Shown here piece by piece: positions 1 to 6,508 of a DNA stretch of 12,751 nucleotides. Below the pieces are notes generated by a model, which had not been told where the DNA came from, ran no database searches, and worked only from the letters and a program-made list of their open reading frames with translations. How positions within the stretch are numbered: the first letter of the stretch is position 1; every line of letters begins with the position of its first letter. The position numbers were made by a program, and so were the translations under genes. The stretch is from Synechococcus sp. (GTDB taxonomy: Bacteria > Cyanobacteriota > Cyanobacteriia > Thermostichales > PCC-7336): positions 1-12,751 of the forward strand of contig JBFRWN010000048.1 in assembly GCA_051439605.1 (NCBI GenBank), given 5' to 3'.

Positions 1-2
1 AG

Positions 3-1106
3 ATGGGTGCAGGTCACGACTCCATCGAAGCTGAAGCGACAGCGGAATCCACTGAGCATAATGCTTTTGCTGCCGGGATCAGTCAGGCAGAAGGAAGTGC
101 GATCGACCTAGGGACTGGAAATGACACTATCAAGGCTCAGGCGATCGCTCAAGCAACCTCCGAGAGCGGAACTAGCGAGGCAGTTGGCATCTTGGGAGGA
201 ACTGTTGATATGGGAGGAGGCAAGGACAAAGTCGAGGGAACGGCCATTGCTAAGGGCAAAGGAGATGTTGCGGCCTTTGGTCAAATGCTTGAAAAAACCA
301 TCACCAAAGGCGGAAAGGATACACTGAAGGGCTATGCCGACGCCAGAAGTAAGGATGTGGCGCTGGCGAGCGGGATTGCCGTTGGGCTGGCTGAAGATGT
401 CTTCCTGAAGAAAAACTCTTTGGGGCAAAGCTACGGTCTGGGGGCTGAAGCAGGGGTCCTCGACACGGGGGATGGCAATGACACCGTTAGGGCAGGCGCA
501 AAGAGTAGCGCTTTCCGTAAAGCGATTGCGCGCGGTATCGATGGGGCCAACGGGGTCATCGACCTGGGGGCTGGAAATGACACGATCGAAGCTCAGGCGA
601 TCGCTAAAGTAACCTCCGATAACGGAACTAGCGAGGCTGTCGGCATCTTCGGTGGGACTATCGACACGGGGGATGGTAAAGATTTCATCAAGGCCCGCAG
701 TAATGACAATCTAACAGGCTCTTCTGGAATTAGCCTGGATGGAGGTCAAGGCTTGGGTGGCGACGTTAATATTAATCTAGGAAACAATAACGACAGGCTG
801 CTTGGTTTCGGCAATGCCACAGTGGACGCAGGAGATGGCACTGATACCCTACTATTTGAGTTCTCTTTGCGTGAGTTCATCGTCGGTGGCGGATCTATCA
901 ACTTCTCGACAGGAGATTTCACCTTTGGTGGTGTCACCTTGAAAACTGACAATTTCGAGCGGTTTCAATTTAACGTTGGGATTAGAAAGAATAGAACTCA
1001 GACAAGCTTTTCTCTTAATTTTGCAAAAGTAGAGACATTTGACAGTCTTGCCGACCTAGAAATAGCTGTTGGACAACTGGCGGGCACTCAGCCAGCATTG
1101 GACTAG
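3..1106 (+). CDS. RTX-like / Ca2+-binding Gly-Asp repeat secreted protein, probably 5'-truncated by the window edge
   Basis: Repeated (I/L/V)D(L/T/M/A)GxGxD motifs (IDLGTGND, VDMGGGKD, LDTGDGND, IDLGAGND, IDTGDGKD, INLGNNND, VDAGDGTD). Ala/Gly/Asp-rich and Cys-free. The frame is open from the window edge and stops at TAG 1104-1106. Confidence 0.7.
   Translation: MGAGHDSIEAEATAESTEHNAFAAGISQAEGSAIDLGTGNDTIKAQAIAQATSESGTSEAVGILGGTVDMGGGKDKVEGTAIAKGKGDVAAFGQMLEKTITKGGKDTLKGYADARSKDVALASGIAVGLAEDVFLKKNSLGQSYGLGAEAGVLDTGDGNDTVRAGAKSSAFRKAIARGIDGANGVIDLGAGNDTIEAQAIAKVTSDNGTSEAVGIFGGTIDTGDGKDFIKARSNDNLTGSSGISLDGGQGLGGDVNINLGNNNDRLLGFGNATVDAGDGTDTLLFEFSLREFIVGGGSINFSTGDFTFGGVTLKTDNFERFQFNVGIRKNRTQTSFSLNFAKVETFDSLADLEIAVGQLAGTQPALD
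102..683 (+). repeat. Intragenic direct repeat, ~126 nt (102-227 vs 558-683), 456-nt period
   Basis: IDLGTGNDTIKAQAIAQATSESGTSEAVGILGGTVDMGGGKD vs IDLGAGNDTIEAQAIAKVTSDNGTSEAVGIFGGTIDTGDGKD. Shared DNA blocks include gctcaggcgatcgct and cggaactagcgaggc. Confidence 0.9.
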
Positions 1107-1133
1107 CCAATTACGGATATTGGATTTGTTCGT

Positions 1134-1166
1134 GGGCCTCGTCGTTTGATATGGCATTAGAGGCCC
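1134..1166 (+). terminator. 3' hairpin downstream of the RTX-like gene (terminator or stabiliser)
   Basis: gggcctc (1134-1140) pairs with gaggccc (1160-1166), with an inner gtcgt/atggc wobble stem. It lies 27 nt after the stop and has no clear U-tract. Confidence 0.4.
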
Positions 1167-1564
1167 CGGAGTGCGATCGGTGCCAGTCGTGTGACCATCC
1201 CTTCTGATGCTCTTATGTGTTCGGTACGATGGAAACCGTCTCGAGATTTCCCCATTCACGTCAACGTTTCTGGTTGTACTCGCAAGCTTTTGGGGGCTGG
1301 CAAAATAGGCAGTTTATCTCCGATTCTCTGCCTCAACCCACTCATATGATGCTTCACCCTCTGCTTTGATTTCCGACCGAACACCTGACCCATAGGTGTT
1401 TCGCAAACTCTCGTAACAGTCGCCGAAAGCAGCCTCATCACCGTGATAAACTTTGAGGCAAATTTATGTTGGTTGCTGTGCAGTGACTTCAACCAGTGAT
1501 GGTGAGTTCACAGCAGCCTTTTTAAAGCTTCACAATCGATTAAAAAGCTGGGAGATACCAAGAC

Positions 1565-2068
1565 ATGCGCGATGCTGTCGCCACAATTGTTCAAAACTAC
1601 GATCGCGTCGGTCGTTACCTCGACTCCAATGCGATCGCCAGCCTCAAGACTTACTTTGAAACCGGGAGCACCCGCGTCCAAGCTGTCAGGGTTATCAACC
1701 TCAACGCAACTGCCATTGTGAAAGGAGCCGCAGCTCAATTATTTACGGATGTTCCCGACCTGCTACGTCCCGGCGGAAACGCCTACACCACGCGTCGCTA
1801 CGCTGCCTGCCTGCGGGATATGGACTACTTTCTCCGCTACGCTACCTACGCTTTGGTGTCCGGCAGCAATGATGTGTTGGACGAGCGGGTTTTAGCGGGC
1901 CTGCGGGAAACCTACAATTCTTTAGGGGTGCCCCTCGGTCCCATCGTCCAAAGCATCGAGCGCATGAAGGGCGAAGTTCTGGCCCTGCTGGATGAGGATG
2001 CTGACACCGCAGTTGTTGCGGCTCCTTTCGAGTACATGGCATCCGAACTGAGCGAAACCAACATCTAG
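1565..2068 (+). CDS. apcF: Allophycocyanin beta-18 subunit (phycobilisome core)
   Basis: N-terminus MRDAV..NYD..GRYLD. RPGGNAYTTRRYAACLRDMDYFLRYATYAL contains the chromophore Cys and the methylated-Asn motif. GLRETYNSLGVP and the ApcF-type C-terminus PFEYMASELSETNI are present. SD GGAG at 1551-1554. Confidence 0.93.
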   Translation: MRDAVATIVQNYDRVGRYLDSNAIASLKTYFETGSTRVQAVRVINLNATAIVKGAAAQLFTDVPDLLRPGGNAYTTRRYAACLRDMDYFLRYATYALVSGSNDVLDERVLAGLRETYNSLGVPLGPIVQSIERMKGEVLALLDEDADTAVVAAPFEYMASELSETNI

Positions 2069-2089
2069 ACCCATTTTGCTTTAGCACCC

Positions 2090-2929
2090 ATGCCCCGTCA
2101 GCGACTCGATGTTTGGTTAGTAGACAATGGCTACTTCGAGTCGCGCCAGCAGGCCCAACGAGCCATACAAGCCGGAGAGGTGCGCATTGGCGATGCAATC
2201 GTCGACAAGCCTGGCACGCAGGTGTTGAGCCCTATTGATGTCAAGGTCAAGCAAAAACCGAAATACGTCTCTCGCGGAGGGGAGAAACTGGCAGGGGCGT
2301 TAAAGGCGTTTAACGTGAAAACCCGCGATCGCATTTGTCTGGATGGGGGCATTTCCACAGGGGGGTTCACTGACTGCTTGCTGAAGCACGGTGCCCGTCA
2401 GGTGTACGGCATTGATGTGGGCTACGGGCAGGTGGCTTGGTCGCTGCAAACGGACGCTCGCGTGCATATTAAGGAGCGCACCAACCTACGCCACCTCACC
2501 CCTGATGAACTGTATCCGACAGACCTACCGCTGGAGTTGTGGCCGACGCTGACCACCGTCGATGTGTCTTTTATCTCTCTAACCAAAGTGCTTCCGGCGC
2601 TATGGAACTTGCTACAACCCCCTAGGGAGGCCATCTTATTGGTGAAACCTCAATTTGAGGCGGGGAGGGAACGGATAGGCAAGAACGGCGTGGTGCGGGA
2701 TCCCACCGTGCAAGCGGAGGCGATCTCCTCCGTGTTGGCAGCTGCCAGCCAGCTGGGTTGGCATTACTGGGGGGTGACTTGGTCGCCAGCTCCTGGGCCA
2801 GCAGGTAATATCGAGTTTTTGCTCTGGCTGAAAGATGAAGAGGGCAAGCCCGTTCCCACCTTGTCGGAACTGAAGCAACTGGCCAAGCAGGCCAGAACTT
2901 CCTTGAAATTAGGGGATCCCGCCGCGTAA
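2090..2929 (+). CDS. tlyA: TlyA family rRNA (cytidine-2'-O)-methyltransferase (S4 + FtsJ-like domains)
   Basis: S4 domain RLDVWLV..SRQQAQRAI, followed by YVSRGGEKL, LDGGISTGGFTDCLL, DVGYGQ, DVSFISL, LVKPQFE and GNIEFL. Confidence 0.95.
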   Translation: MPRQRLDVWLVDNGYFESRQQAQRAIQAGEVRIGDAIVDKPGTQVLSPIDVKVKQKPKYVSRGGEKLAGALKAFNVKTRDRICLDGGISTGGFTDCLLKHGARQVYGIDVGYGQVAWSLQTDARVHIKERTNLRHLTPDELYPTDLPLELWPTLTTVDVSFISLTKVLPALWNLLQPPREAILLVKPQFEAGRERIGKNGVVRDPTVQAEAISSVLAAASQLGWHYWGVTWSPAPGPAGNIEFLLWLKDEEGKPVPTLSELKQLAKQARTSLKLGDPAA

Positions 2930-3107
2930 GGGTGTTCCAGCAATTGACCGATCCGGGAGCCATCGCAGGAATTCCAATAGAGATGAATGGAGTCGGCTGT
3001 TTGGCTGTTTTTCAAATGGAATACCCTAATAGTTTTAGGGATGAATTTTATGGCGAGGGCGCATCAGGGAAGGTAAACCCGGACTATTCGACTCATCTAA
3101 GAGCCAA

Positions 3108-4526
3108 ATGTCGTATATGTCGCGTTCGCCCTCCCACCGCTTTTTGGCCCTCGATGCCCTGCGGGGTCTTGCCATCCTAGGTATGCTGCTGTCCGCTGCC
3201 ATTCCCCACGGGATCTTGCCGGACTGGATGTATCACGCTCAAGTTCCTCCACCCGACCACATCTTTGACCCCAGCATTCCAGGCATCACCTGGGTGGATT
3301 TAGTGTTTCCGTTCTTCCTGTTTGCTCTGGGGGTTTCTATTCCACTGGCATTGGGGAAACGGGTGGATAGGGGCGATCGCAATGCGGCGCTGTCCATGAG
3401 GGTCATCACCCGGGGGATAGCGTTAGGTGCTTTTGCCATTGTGCTGCAGCACGTTCGACCAGCAGTGTTGGCCCAGACTCCCAGTGCCTCCACCTACGGT
3501 ATTGCGCTCTTTGGTTTCGTTCTGCTGTTTTCGAACTATGCCCGCTTGCCCAAGCAACTCCCCCTAAGTCAAAGGTGGATGGTACGGGCGAGCGGATGGT
3601 TGCTATTCGCAATCACTTTGGCAATCCTACGTTACCCGGATGGCAGCGGCTTCACGCTGTTTCGCAGCGACATCATCATAATTTTGCTCACCAATGCAGC
3701 GGCGGCAGGCGGAATGGTGTGGGTGTTCACCCGCGATCGCTGGTTACACCGTCTAGGCGTCCTGGGCCTATTGCTGGCGATGCGGTTAGGGGCAACGGAA
3801 GCGGGTTGGGTCCAAGTATTGTGGGAATGGACTCCAGCAGCATGGATATTTCGCTGGGAATACCTGCAGTATTTGGCGATTGTGATTCCCGGCACGATGG
3901 TAGGCGATCGCTTATGGCAGTGGGGAGGAAAGATTGAAGAGAAGAGTGGTTGGACTATTGGCAAGTGGCAGTCGATTGCGCTGACGCAAGTTGCGTTGTT
4001 AGTGACAGTCACACTGGGTCTGCAGGAGCGTTGGTGGGGGCTTCTGCTGTTGGTTTCTGCCCTCTTAGCAGGGGTTGGCTATGGATTAACGCACAAGCCA
4101 GTGGGCTCGATCGAGAGGCTGGTTGCGCATTTGTATGGCTGGGGCACATTTTGGCTGGGGCTGGGATTGATGTTGGAGCCCTACGAGCTGGGGATTAAGA
4201 AAGATCCACCTACTTTCAGCTACTACTTTGTCTGTACTGGCTTGGCAATTTTCACGCTCGTGGCCTGCACAATCGCCATTTACAAGCTGGGGGGAAGGCA
4301 CTATTTTTCTTTGGCCATCAGCAACGGTCAAAATCCGATGGTTGCCTATGTGATGTTGGCAAATTTAACTGAGCCGATCTTGGCCTTGTCTGGAATAGAA
4401 CAACGGTGGCTCGACGCTGTGATTATCAGCCCATGGTGGGGAGTTGGATATGGTGTTGCGACGGTTTGGTTGACAGCGGCGATCGTGCGTTGGCTGACGA
4501 AGCGGGGGGTGATTTGGAAGACTTAG
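3108..4526 (+). CDS. DUF5009 / heparan-alpha-glucosaminide N-acetyltransferase-like polytopic membrane protein
   Basis: R..ALDALRG.AI..M, WMYHAQVPPP, GITWVDLVFPFFLF..G.SIP, GIKKDPPTFSYYF, GQNPMVAY and a terminal WKT. Many hydrophobic segments. Alternative ATG at 3117. Confidence 0.8.
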   Translation: MSYMSRSPSHRFLALDALRGLAILGMLLSAAIPHGILPDWMYHAQVPPPDHIFDPSIPGITWVDLVFPFFLFALGVSIPLALGKRVDRGDRNAALSMRVITRGIALGAFAIVLQHVRPAVLAQTPSASTYGIALFGFVLLFSNYARLPKQLPLSQRWMVRASGWLLFAITLAILRYPDGSGFTLFRSDIIIILLTNAAAAGGMVWVFTRDRWLHRLGVLGLLLAMRLGATEAGWVQVLWEWTPAAWIFRWEYLQYLAIVIPGTMVGDRLWQWGGKIEEKSGWTIGKWQSIALTQVALLVTVTLGLQERWWGLLLLVSALLAGVGYGLTHKPVGSIERLVAHLYGWGTFWLGLGLMLEPYELGIKKDPPTFSYYFVCTGLAIFTLVACTIAIYKLGGRHYFSLAISNGQNPMVAYVMLANLTEPILALSGIEQRWLDAVIISPWWGVGYGVATVWLTAAIVRWLTKRGVIWKT

Positions 4527-4608
4527 CAAAAAGTTACTGGTATGGCAATCGAGTCGCTTAGGACATTTCAGCAATCCAGAGCACTGCCCAGAGCACCCTG
4601 TATCAATC

Positions 4609-4634
4609 GGCAGATTGGCCACTGCCAACCTGCC
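4609..4634 (-). terminator. 3' hairpin of the small basic protein gene
   Basis: On the minus strand ggcaggttggc-agtg-gccaatctgcc forms an 11-bp stem with one G-U pair, continuous only on this strand. It lies 18 nt after the stop, with a weak U-tract. Confidence 0.55.
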
Positions 4635-4652
4635 CGGCGATCGCTGAATTAT

Positions 4653-4805
4653 TTAATTCGCAGCATCGCTGCTACTGCTACCGCTATCGGAACTGTTTCT
4701 CCCACCGCGTCTAGAATTGCGGCTTCTAGACTCCTGACGCAGCTTTCGAGCATATTCTCGGTTGCGTTGAGCTTTTTCCTTTTTCAAGTTGCGGCGCTTT
4801 GCCAT
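4653..4805 (-). CDS. Small Arg/Lys-rich protein, 50 aa (MAKRRNLKKEKAQRNREYARK...), conserved cyanobacterial type, probably nucleic-acid binding
   Basis: ATG at 4805 is preceded by GAGGT (plus-strand acctc 4812-4816). Very basic N-terminus and Ser/Asp tail. I recall the MAKRRNxKKEKAxRN start from cyanobacterial hypothetical proteins. The ORF-track start at 4886 is probably too long. Confidence 0.8.
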   Translation of the reverse strand: MAKRRNLKKEKAQRNREYARKLRQESRSRNSRRGGRNSSDSGSSSSDAAN

Positions 4806-4915
4806 GAGGGAACCTCGGATAGGACAGGAGCTGAAACTGCGAAAGCAAAATCTGCTCTTAGGGCGGCATTCAAGCCGCTCGGACATTTCACGGGCTGGAA
4901 TATCTTTATGGGCAT
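4784..4915 (-). CDS. Candidate 43-aa upstream ORF overlapping the start of the small basic protein gene
   Basis: ATG at 4915 to TGA at 4786-4784 gives MPIKIFQPVKCPSGLNAALRADFAFAVSAPVLSEVPSWQSAAT. Purine-rich GGAAGGGTGGG lies upstream. It is shorter than any ORF listed in the track, and translation is unproven. Confidence 0.3.
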   Translation of the reverse strand: MPIKIFQPVKCPSGLNAALRADFAFAVSAPVLSEVPSWQSAAT

Positions 4916-4984
4916 CAACCCACCCTTCCAGTCGGGATGCCCGCCACTATCTATGTAGTGGAAATCGAACGGAAGCTATTGCGG
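4806..4984 (-). promoter_or_regulatory. Putative structured 5' leader RNA
   Basis: Inverted repeats at 4944-4949/4956-4961, 4910-4916/4936-4942 and 4863-4867/4874-4878, plus cross-pairing 4895-4900/4926-4931. Confidence 0.5.
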
Positions 4985-4989
4985 TCCCC

Positions 4990-4998
4990 AGCCTACCA
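4990..4998 (-). promoter_or_regulatory. Candidate extended -10 promoter (TGgTAGGCT) for the leader and small protein
   Basis: Plus-strand agcctacca reads TGGTAGGCT on the minus strand, matching TGnTAnnnT. Predicted TSS near 4984. Confidence 0.4.
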
Positions 4999-5069
4999 CC
5001 TCCGCCAATTGGGCAGAGCTCGAATTGAGGGAAAGCATGGCGCTCGACATTTAAGCCTAAAGAGTGTAC

Positions 5070-5098
5070 TGCCCCTTTTGACTTTTGCAAAAGGGGCA
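5070..5098 (-). terminator. Hairpin downstream of the rbp gene
   Basis: Perfect 11-bp inverted repeat tgccccttttg (5070-5080) / caaaaggggca (5088-5098) with a 7-nt loop, about 40 nt after the rbp stop. Confidence 0.65.
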
Positions 5099-5137
5099 AC
5101 AGTTCTCTAAGCATTTGCAAATCTAGCGCTCGCTCTA

Positions 5138-5437
5138 CTAGTAACCGGACTGGTAGGAACGCTCTCCAGCAGGGCGAGGACGTGGGGCACCGCCAGTGCG
5201 GGGACGAGCCTTGTTAACACGCAATTCACGTCCCAACCATTCAGCGCCATCCAGATTTTCGATCGCGGTGTCTTCTTCGGCGTCGCTAGACAGTTCTACA
5301 AAAGCAAATCCCCGGGGACGACCGGTTTCGCGGTCGGTGGGGATGGTGACATTCTTTACGGTGCCGTACTCAGCAAAAACCTCTTGAATATCTTCTCTGG
5401 TGGCTCTGTAAGACAGATTGCCAACATATAGTGACAT
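5138..5437 (-). CDS. rbp: Single-RRM RNA-binding protein (cyanobacterial Rbp family)
   Basis: RNP2 LYVGNL, RNP1 RGFAFVEL, DRETGRPRG and LDGAEWLGRELRVNKARPR. SD TTGGAGA upstream. The paralog cannot be assigned. Confidence 0.95.
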   Translation of the reverse strand: MSLYVGNLSYRATREDIQEVFAEYGTVKNVTIPTDRETGRPRGFAFVELSSDAEEDTAIENLDGAEWLGRELRVNKARPRTGGAPRPRPAGERSYQSGY

Positions 5438-5530
5438 TTGACTGGATTCTCCAACTTCTAAGAATGCTTTGAATGGATATGAGAGTCAGTGCCATTAAAA
5501 ATGACCCTTTTTCCCTTGCAAAGCGAATCA

Positions 5531-5539
5531 ACTTTAACA
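5531..5539 (-). promoter_or_regulatory. Candidate extended -10 promoter (TGtTAAAGT) for rbp
   Basis: Plus-strand actttaaca reads TGTTAAAGT on the minus strand, which would give a 5'UTR of about 85-90 nt. Confidence 0.45.
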
Positions 5540-5649
5540 CGTTTACCTCTGCCGTAGAGTTCCATGTTTAGCTGCCGTGACAATCCCTGGACCTGTCAGC
5601 ACCTGCCCTCAGCGACCAGAAGCAACTCGCAGGTTGATGTCACCAAAAT

Positions 5650-6363
5650 CTACTCAGGTAAGGTCAACAAGTAGCTGACAAAGAGTTCCCCTTCTACCCG
5701 CTTGCGTACTTTAGACCCTAACTGTTTAAACGTGGCCTCCCACTCTTGCAAGGGGGTAAATAGGGGCTCCACCCCCTTCTCCATTTCCAACAATCCCCAT
5801 TCATCCACCCATTCTGATTCGGGATCGAGGAGTTCTAGAACGAGAGGTGACTTCGGTTGCATTACTCGCAGCAGTTGCGGCCATACCAGAGAGAAGTAAT
5901 CGGTGGGAAAGTAGTACAAAAATCCTGTGGCGATCGCCATTTGAAATTGTTGCTCAGCATACTGACTGAGCAAGTGGGCTACCCCGCGATTCATTTCTTT
6001 AAAAAGTTTGGAATTCAGTTGTGGGCCGCGGGACTGCACAAATTCCACTGTCTTTGGGCTGAGTTCGTGCCCGTAAAAGTATGCCCCCCAATGATTCCAG
6101 GGATAGATGAGAAAACTCACCCCGCAGCCAATGTCCAAGCAAGCTTCTTTTTTCTTGGGTTGACGTAACTCGTGGAAGGGCACCCCCAATCGATCGAGTA
6201 AATTTTCAGATTGACAGGCCTGCCAAAAGCGACTTTGCTTGACGTCCTCAGATAGCTCCCACGATGCCTGGCCCAATTGCACGGCCACTTCTTTATCGAA
6301 CCTCTGGGCCAGTGGTTTCAAAATTGGCTCCCATTCCATTTTCAAGTCAGTGGGAAGAGACAT
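5650..6363 (-). CDS. Class I SAM-dependent methyltransferase (cyanobacterial, substrate unknown)
   Basis: Motif I CLDIGCGVSF, acidic motif in YGHELS, RGPQLNSKLF, IATGFLYY and LLRVMQP. Confidence 0.85.
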   Translation of the reverse strand: MSLPTDLKMEWEPILKPLAQRFDKEVAVQLGQASWELSEDVKQSRFWQACQSENLLDRLGVPFHELRQPKKKEACLDIGCGVSFLIYPWNHWGAYFYGHELSPKTVEFVQSRGPQLNSKLFKEMNRGVAHLLSQYAEQQFQMAIATGFLYYFPTDYFSLVWPQLLRVMQPKSPLVLELLDPESEWVDEWGLLEMEKGVEPLFTPLQEWEATFKQLGSKVRKRVEGELFVSYLLTLPE

Positions 6364-6508
6364 TCAAAACCTCAAACGGGGGGGACTTCATTTCTGCGAC
6401 CTTGCTCTCGCTGAAAAAATCTCGGCTATCCAGAACCCTCGCTGGGAAAAAACATTTCTGCTCTAACCGAGATGACAGCAGCGAATAAAGATGCCGCGAG
6501 TAGCCCTA

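Noticed and set aside
1167..1513. Short ORFs (1056-1259, 1256-1492) or an ncRNA in the long spacer before apcF
   Set aside because: No SD, motifs or recognisable RNA family. It is most likely promoter or UTR sequence.
4806..4886. 27-aa N-terminal extension (MSERLEC...) on the small basic protein
   Set aside because: The SD and the recognisable family start are at ATG 4805, and the extension looks like translated UTR.
4561..4890. 10-mer ggacatttca at both 4561 and 4881; also 11-mer gcgaatcaact at 5523 and 12547
   Set aside because: Repeats of this length are expected by chance in 12.7 kb. There are no transposase genes or terminal inverted repeats to suggest a target-site duplication.
4542..4958. 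138-aa + strand ORF
   Set aside because: It is the antisense shadow of the small basic protein gene and its leader, with no recognisable motifs.
4960..4985. cggaag resembling part of the glutamine riboswitch core
   Set aside because: The flanking P1 (CGTT...AACG) and E-loop partner sequences are not present in the right arrangement.
4851..5017. Possible 6S RNA on the + strand (closing stem tctgctc/gggcaga plus ggcgg/ccgcc)
   Set aside because: The interior folds into several local hairpins rather than a rod with a central bubble. A minus-strand leader explains it better. cmscan would settle it.
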